Made by a program: the position numbers and the translations under genes
Notes under the pieces: model-generated
The model's input: only the letters and a program-made list of their open reading frames with translations
Told to the model about the DNA's origin: nothing
The model's database searches: none
Assembly: GCF_041691455.1 (NCBI RefSeq)
Contig: NZ_JBEPUO010000007.1
Location: 97,951 to 137,950, forward strand
Source: Phenylobacterium sp.
Lineage (GTDB): Bacteria > Pseudomonadota > Alphaproteobacteria > Caulobacterales > Caulobacteraceae
DNA length: 40,000 nt
Direction: 5' to 3'
In this document: in pieces, positions 35,853-40,000 of the stretch
How positions within the stretch are numbered: the first letter of the stretch is position 1
Layout: each line of letters starts with the position of its first letter

Positions 35853-37453
35853 CAGGCGGCCTGCGTGAACGGCACGCGCATCGACAGGGCGAACAGTTCT
35901 TCCAAGTCATCGAACCGGTAGGCGTCGATTGAGAGGCCGTTATCCTCCGCCAGACGAAGTCGACCTGCAGCCAAGTCGAGGCTTGGAAACAGGAAGTAGT
36001 CCATGGGCGTGTCGTTGCCGCCGGCCATCCGCACCGCGACCGTCACGTCCGGCGCTAGGCCGGTGTCGAACCCGAACCGCCATCGGTAGCCGCCAGAGCC
36101 GGTCTCCTGACACCGCGCGATGGCGATCGAGAGGCTCAATTCGCCGTTGACCCGCATCAGGCCGTCGGGGCCCAAGCCGACGTCCCCGCCGACCCGTTCG
36201 ATGCCGGCGCGCACGTTGGCAAGAACCTGGGGATGCAGGTCACGAAGCCGGCGGTTGATATCCAGGTAGCGGTAGTCGCGGGCCGGCCGATAGCCCACCA
36301 GTTGGTAGGCGCGCAGCAAACTGCCGAACCGGCTGCGGTAGGCGCTGCTGGAGGGCATGCCGGGCCGCTCGTCGATCACCAGGCCTGAGATCGCCCGTCG
36401 CTCGGCGACCAGCAGTCGGAGACGATCGAGCAAGTCCTCGTCGCTAAGCCGCTGCGAGCGGGCGAGGATGATCTCGCGAGCCTTGTGAAAAGCGTCCTGC
36501 GAGACGATGCCATCGAAGGCGCCCTCCGCCCGAATCCAACTCTCTACCGGATTGCGGACCCGCCGCTGCTTCAGCTTGAAGGACACTCGATTGTAGACGT
36601 TGTTGCCGATGTATTTCTCATTGGTCAGCACCTGGTGGACCACCGAGCGGGTCCAGGATCGTTCGCGATCGGTGACCAAGCCTTCGCGGTTCAATTGCTG
36701 CGCGATGGCCCCTTCGGTCATCCCGGTCGACAGGAACAGCTTGTAGATGCGTCGGACCAAGGCCTGCTCTTCCGGCGGCCCTGGCACGAGGATCACTCGG
36801 TCGGTCTGTAGGCTCTTGTGCTCGCCACGTCGAAGTTCGCCCTTGGGGTCGCCCCGTTCGTCCACCAGCAGGCGCCGCAGGCCGATGCCAGCCGGACCGC
36901 CCTGCCGATAGCCGAGCTCGATGAGGCGGCATTGACCGGCGAAGACCTTCGATGAGAGTTCGCGACTGTACTCCCCGGCCATCGCCCGCTTGACGCTCTT
37001 GACGATGGTGGAGACGGGCGTCCCGTCGTTCTCGAAGGGCTCCGCGCAGTAGATGACCTTCACGCCGCCCTTGCGGCAGAGGTACTCATAGTAAGCGCTT
37101 TCGTCGGCGTCCTGGAAGCGCCCCCAGCGCGAGACGTCATAGACCAGCAGCGCTTGGAAGGCGGTTTGACCGGCCTCGATCTCGTCAATCAACTGCCGCA
37201 GTGACTCCCGGCCTTCGATGTTCAACCCGCTGCGGCCTTCGTCGGCGAAGGTGCGGACGATCTCCATGTGATGCCGGGCAGCATAGTCGGCGATGGCGTC
37301 AGCCTGGTTCTCGGTTGAATAGCGCTGGTGATCCGTCGACATCCGCACGTACTGCGCCGCCTTCGTGAACGGTGTTTGCGCCTCAGAAATTTCAACGGCG
37401 GGCACGGTTGCGCTCCTCTGCTCCTGCAATCCGACCGCGCGAGTTTCCAACAT
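35852..37453 (-). CDS. large serine recombinase (resolvase/invertase catalytic domain plus recombinase domain)
   Basis: 533 aa. AAQYVRMSTDHQ carries the catalytic Ser. ...EGRSGLNIEGRESLRQLIDEI...LLVYDVSRWGR is the resolvase N-domain, followed by a recombinase domain (VRRIYKLF...IAQQLN..G). The long C-terminal region is unassigned. Confidence 0.9.
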   Translation of the reverse strand: MLETRAVGLQEQRSATVPAVEISEAQTPFTKAAQYVRMSTDHQRYSTENQADAIADYAARHHMEIVRTFADEGRSGLNIEGRESLRQLIDEIEAGQTAFQALLVYDVSRWGRFQDADESAYYEYLCRKGGVKVIYCAEPFENDGTPVSTIVKSVKRAMAGEYSRELSSKVFAGQCRLIELGYRQGGPAGIGLRRLLVDERGDPKGELRRGEHKSLQTDRVILVPGPPEEQALVRRIYKLFLSTGMTEGAIAQQLNREGLVTDRERSWTRSVVHQVLTNEKYIGNNVYNRVSFKLKQRRVRNPVESWIRAEGAFDGIVSQDAFHKAREIILARSQRLSDEDLLDRLRLLVAERRAISGLVIDERPGMPSSSAYRSRFGSLLRAYQLVGYRPARDYRYLDINRRLRDLHPQVLANVRAGIERVGGDVGLGPDGLMRVNGELSLSIAIARCQETGSGGYRWRFGFDTGLAPDVTVAVRMAGGNDTPMDYFLFPSLDLAAGRLRLAEDNGLSIDAYRFDDLEELFALSMRVPFTQAA

Positions 37454-37539
37454 ATTGTTTGAAGTCGCGCAAGCCCACGTCAGCTTGGATTCGCATCAAT
37501 TTGGACGGAGGCCGCGGATCGAGCGGTGTGCGGGCGCGT

Positions 37540-37737
37540 CTACTCGGGCTCGCGCCGGCCAGCCGACACCGTCAGGCTGGCCGGACTATCGTCTTCAACG
37601 ACCGCCCAGGGATGGCAACCAAACGCCACGCCAAGCCGACGGAGCCAATCGACCGTGAGTTGGCGCTTTCCCAACTCCAGATGGCTGATCTGCTGATTGG
37701 TGGTTCCCACGCGCACGGCCAGGTCGGCGAGGGTCAT
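37540..37737 (-). CDS. XRE-family helix-turn-helix regulator (5' end uncertain)
   Basis: MTLADLAVRVGTTNQQISHLELGKRQLTVDWLRRLGVAFG is a classic HTH_3 core. The same frame stays open upstream and encodes ...SNRIRELREARG, the usual helix 1. That upstream stretch has no in-frame ATG, GTG or TTG before the in-frame stop at 37840-37842, so the real start may be non-canonical (CTG or ATT). Confidence 0.7.
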   Translation of the reverse strand: MTLADLAVRVGTTNQQISHLELGKRQLTVDWLRRLGVAFGCHPWAVVEDDSPASLTVSAGRREPE

Positions 37738-37833
37738 GCCGCGGGCTTCGCGTAATTCTCGAATGCGGTTGGACAGAGTGGGCCTTCGGGCGGCGGCGTG
37801 CGAGCAAATCAGTCGGGCGCCAAGTGTCTCAAA

Positions 37834-37869
37834 CGTGACTCACCGTGACCAGCCCCGCGACACCGTGAT
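37834..37869. promoter_or_regulatory. phased CGTGA(C/T) repeats in the divergent XRE / excisionase-like intergenic region; candidate operator
   Basis: CGTGAC at 37834 and 37844, and CGTGAT at 37864, giving 10-bp and 20-bp spacing. The 8-mer CACCGTGA occurs at 37841 and 37861, exactly 20 bp apart. The function is inferred. Confidence 0.3.
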
Positions 37870-37966
37870 CGAACCGCGAGCCAACACCCGAAAACGTCCG
37901 CCCGCGTGAGGGTGTCCCGCCGCGCCGTGCGTCCATTCGAGTAACCGCAGGCATCACGGACGGCTC

Positions 37967-38281
37967 ATGACTCAAACACCTGTCTCCGCCGCCTTGGCCT
38001 TCCTCACGGAGGAAGAGGTCTCCAAACGATATCGCGGCGCCGTCAGCTCCGGCACCTTGCGCAATTGGCGGTCTAAGGGCGTGGGCCAGCCGCCTGCTTC
38101 CGGTGATTGGGCATGTGCGGCCAGACGGTCTGATCATCCTGCTGGCGGGCGAGCCGCCGCAATCCGAGCCGTCGGGCGTCATCGCCTTCCCCAACGATCC
38201 GCGGGAAGTCTGACGTGGTGGCGCGTGGATATTGCGGCTTGGGGTCCCATGACGCCGCCGTCGCGGCGTTCGATCGCCTGA
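37967..38281 (+). CDS. possible excisionase/AlpA-like HTH protein; the C-terminal half looks atypical and may be degraded
   Basis: The N-terminus, LAFLTEEEVSKRYRGAVSSGTLRNWRSKGVGQP, looks like HTH_17/excisionase. The expected F.K.G..V.Y segment is missing. What follows is Arg/Ala/Gly-rich, and a W..DIAAW-like motif appears about 20 aa later than usual. Confidence 0.35.
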   Translation: MTQTPVSAALAFLTEEEVSKRYRGAVSSGTLRNWRSKGVGQPPASGDWACAARRSDHPAGGRAAAIRAVGRHRLPQRSAGSLTWWRVDIAAWGPMTPPSRRSIA

Positions 38282-38328
38282 AACCCTATGTGTAAGAACT
38301 CCTCGATCTCCAGGGCGAGTGCGAGCCC

Positions 38329-38685
38329 ATGAAGGCCGACTATTCGGCGGTCGGCATCGCGCTCGATGGGCTGCAGACCGCCGCCTATCACTTCACCCGG
38401 CGGCGACATTTCTATCACGAATTGGAGTCCCAGCGCCCTCCCTACCGACCGGGCAACAATCGGCTCGGCGATCGCCAGGCGGCCATCGCGGCCTTCGAAG
38501 CGCTGACCCCTTACGCCAACGCGCTTGGGAAGATGCAGGGCGGTTGCCGGCCGTTCGGTCGAGATTACCTCGCCCTGACGATCGCCCAGCAGAGCCTGGG
38601 AACAGCGGCCTTCCATTTCACCCGCGTGGCCAGCTTCTACGGCGCCAAGTGCGATTCGGCCGGGCCGGTCCGGCCCGCCCAATGA
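38329..38685 (+). CDS. hypothetical protein with an internal 25-aa duplication
   Basis: 118 aa. YSAVGIALDGLQTAAYHFTRRRHFY (aa 5-29) aligns with YLALTIAQQSLGTAAFHFTRVASFY (aa 80-104), identical at 14 of 25 positions by eye, which supports this reading frame. The stop overlaps the next start (ATGA). Confidence 0.45.
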   Translation: MKADYSAVGIALDGLQTAAYHFTRRRHFYHELESQRPPYRPGNNRLGDRQAAIAAFEALTPYANALGKMQGGCRPFGRDYLALTIAQQSLGTAAFHFTRVASFYGAKCDSAGPVRPAQ

Positions 38686-38990
38686 CCTGGAGAGCGGTTC
38701 AGACGCATGAGACCTCAACCCTTGGCGACCACCGCCGGTATCCCGGTTGCCGCCTGGTGGTGACTTGTGTCCTGTGCGGTTGGTCGAAGGGCTATCGTCC
38801 CGAGCGGGTGATTGATCGCCTGCGGGAATTGCGAGCCGGCGGCCACGCGACCCAACTGGCGCATATCGCGCGGCGCGTGGCCTGGCCCTGCCCTGGCTGC
38901 GGTCGGGTGAAGTGGCGGTCCGGCTTTGCCTGGCCGCCGGGCCTGGACAAACGCGAGGTCAAGCGGCTGGCCAGCCTCTTCCGGAACTGA
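38682..38990 (+). CDS. small Cys-rich (zinc-ribbon-like) hypothetical protein, paralogue C
   Basis: 102 aa from the ATG at 38682: ...GCRLVVTCVLCGWSKGYRPERVIDRLRELR...VAWPCPGCGRVKW. It shares its layout with the two small proteins at 6867-7402. The 5' part of track ORF 38319..38990 overlaps the previous gene in another frame. Confidence 0.55.
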   Translation: MTWRAVQTHETSTLGDHRRYPGCRLVVTCVLCGWSKGYRPERVIDRLRELRAGGHATQLAHIARRVAWPCPGCGRVKWRSGFAWPPGLDKREVKRLASLFRN

Positions 38991-39026
38991 GGTGGCTCAG
39001 GACCAACGGCGCGGTACATTCTGGCT

Positions 39027-39716
39027 ATGCGCCTGCACAACGACTCAGAAGTGGCGATTCTGGCCCCGCCAACGGTCGAGGGTCGCGCCACCTATTCGGT
39101 GAAGGAGATCTTCCTCACCCTGCAAGGCGAAGGGGGCCAAACGGGGCGCGCCGCGGTCTTCTGCCGGTTCGCGGGCTGTAATCTGTGGTCCGGTCGCGAA
39201 TCCGATCGCGCCAGAGCGATCTGCCAGTTCTGCGACACCGACTTCGTCGGCCTCGATGGTCCGGGCGGTGGACGCTTCGCTTCGGCGGACGGTCTTGCCG
39301 AGGCCGTCGCCGCAGCTTGGCAAGGCGAGGACCACCGGCTGGTGGTCTGCACGGGCGGTGAGCCGTTGCTGCAGCTCGACGCAGCGCTGATCGCCGCCCT
39401 CCACGCGCGCGGCTTCGCCATCGCGGTGGAAACCAACGGAACTGTGCCCGCACCCACTGGGATCGACTGGCTCTGCGTCAGCCCCAAGGCCGGATCCCGC
39501 CTGGTTCAGACCTCTGGCACGGAGTTGAAGCTTGTCTATCCGCAGGCGGGTTTCGATCCGCAGCAGTTTGAGCACCTTGCGTTCGAACGGTTCTACCTCC
39601 AGCCGATGGATGGTCCCGAGCGCGCCGCCAACACGCAGGCCGCCATCGCCTATTGTTTGACCCACCCGCGCTGGCGGCTGAGCGTCCAAACCCACAAGGA
39701 CCTCGGCATTCCTTGA
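39027..39716 (+). CDS. queE: 7-carboxy-7-deazaguanine synthase QueE (radical SAM, Cx14CxxC type)
   Basis: VKEIFLTLQGEGGQTGRAAVFCRFAGCNLWSGRESDRARAICQFCDTDF contains C-x14-C-x2-C, counted directly. The C-terminus, FYLQPMDG...RLSVQTHK, is QueE-like. The start may be one of the in-frame GTGs downstream of 39027. Confidence 0.88.
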   Translation: MRLHNDSEVAILAPPTVEGRATYSVKEIFLTLQGEGGQTGRAAVFCRFAGCNLWSGRESDRARAICQFCDTDFVGLDGPGGGRFASADGLAEAVAAAWQGEDHRLVVCTGGEPLLQLDAALIAALHARGFAIAVETNGTVPAPTGIDWLCVSPKAGSRLVQTSGTELKLVYPQAGFDPQQFEHLAFERFYLQPMDGPERAANTQAAIAYCLTHPRWRLSVQTHKDLGIP

Positions 39717-40000
39717 GTGCGGAGCGGCTGGCGGCGGGCAAGATTTCACGGCGCTTGTCACAGAATCGCAAAGGCGCCAGCCTCAAGGTGTCGGCGTGAG
39801 AGCGTCGGCAGGGGCGTGGAAACCCCTGTGTCCAGCTATGAGTCGGGTGCCGTGAAATAGGCGTCCGCGGACCGATGCCGCCTGGTTTCCTCCAGGCGCG
39901 CTAAGTCTTCTGCGCTAACTAGCGGGCTCCACAACACAGGAGTTTCCAACACCCGGCTCGCCAGCCGGCCGCCTCGGAGCCTTGAGGTGGTCGTTGGTGC

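Larger units (their letters stand above)
573..39716. mobile_element. putative integrative, mobilizable genomic island (defence island); neither boundary identified within the window
   Basis: The region contains relaxase, MobC, an oriT-like inverted repeat, ArdC, DUF736, SRAP, a large serine recombinase, ParB-like proteins, an XRE/Xis-like pair and paralogous small island genes on both flanks. There is no T4SS or coupling protein in the window. I found no att repeats. Confidence 0.5.

Noticed and set aside
39717-40000. Non-coding tail after queE, with a short hairpin (CAGGGG-n8-CCCCTG near 39810) and an 8-bp inverted pair (CCTCAAGG / CCTTGAGG) about 200 bp apart, considered as a possible sRNA, riboswitch or island end
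   Set aside because: I recognise no RNA-family pattern and found no matching repeat at the left end of the window. The matches are too short to be meaningful.
1-40000. Whole-window scan for CRISPR arrays, rRNA/tRNA genes, DNA methyltransferase motifs, preQ1 riboswitch-like leaders, and T4SS or coupling-protein genes
   Set aside because: None was recognised by eye. A computational scan (tRNAscan-SE, Infernal/Rfam, a CRISPR detector, HMMs) would be needed to exclude them formally.

Overview
The window is visibly GC-rich and reads as accessory DNA from a proteobacterial-type mobilizable genomic island carrying defence cargo. I recognised no rRNA, tRNA, CRISPR array or DNA methyltransferase.

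Gene order, left to right:
- A small ORF plus an 1104-aa SF2 helicase with a nuclease-like C-terminus (594-4219).
- A mobilisation backbone (4325-8761): relaxase, MobC, an oriT-like perfect inverted repeat, an SRAP peptidase, two small Cys-rich proteins, ArdC and DUF736.
- A fused nucleotidyltransferase-HEPN protein (9124-10029).
- A hypothetical gene divergent from the next operon (10244-10873).
- The main feature: a complete Dpd-type 7-deazaguanine DNA modification/restriction cluster (11116-33994).
- Directly upstream of dpdE on the same strand (34036-37737): two ParB-like proteins, a large serine recombinase and an XRE regulator.
- Further island genes (37967-38990).
- A displaced queE (39027-39716).

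The Dpd cluster has two halves. The plus-strand modification operon is dpdC, dpdB, dpdA, a second dpdB-like paralogue, queD and queC. Converging on it is an eight-gene minus-strand array with no intergenic space: dpdE, F, G, H, I, J, K and a dpdD-like gene. The array contains three different SF2 helicases, a P-loop ATPase and an HKD nuclease.

Many very long ORFs in the six-frame track are antisense or alternate-frame shadows typical of GC-rich DNA, and I rejected them. All family assignments come from motifs read by eye. No database search was run.
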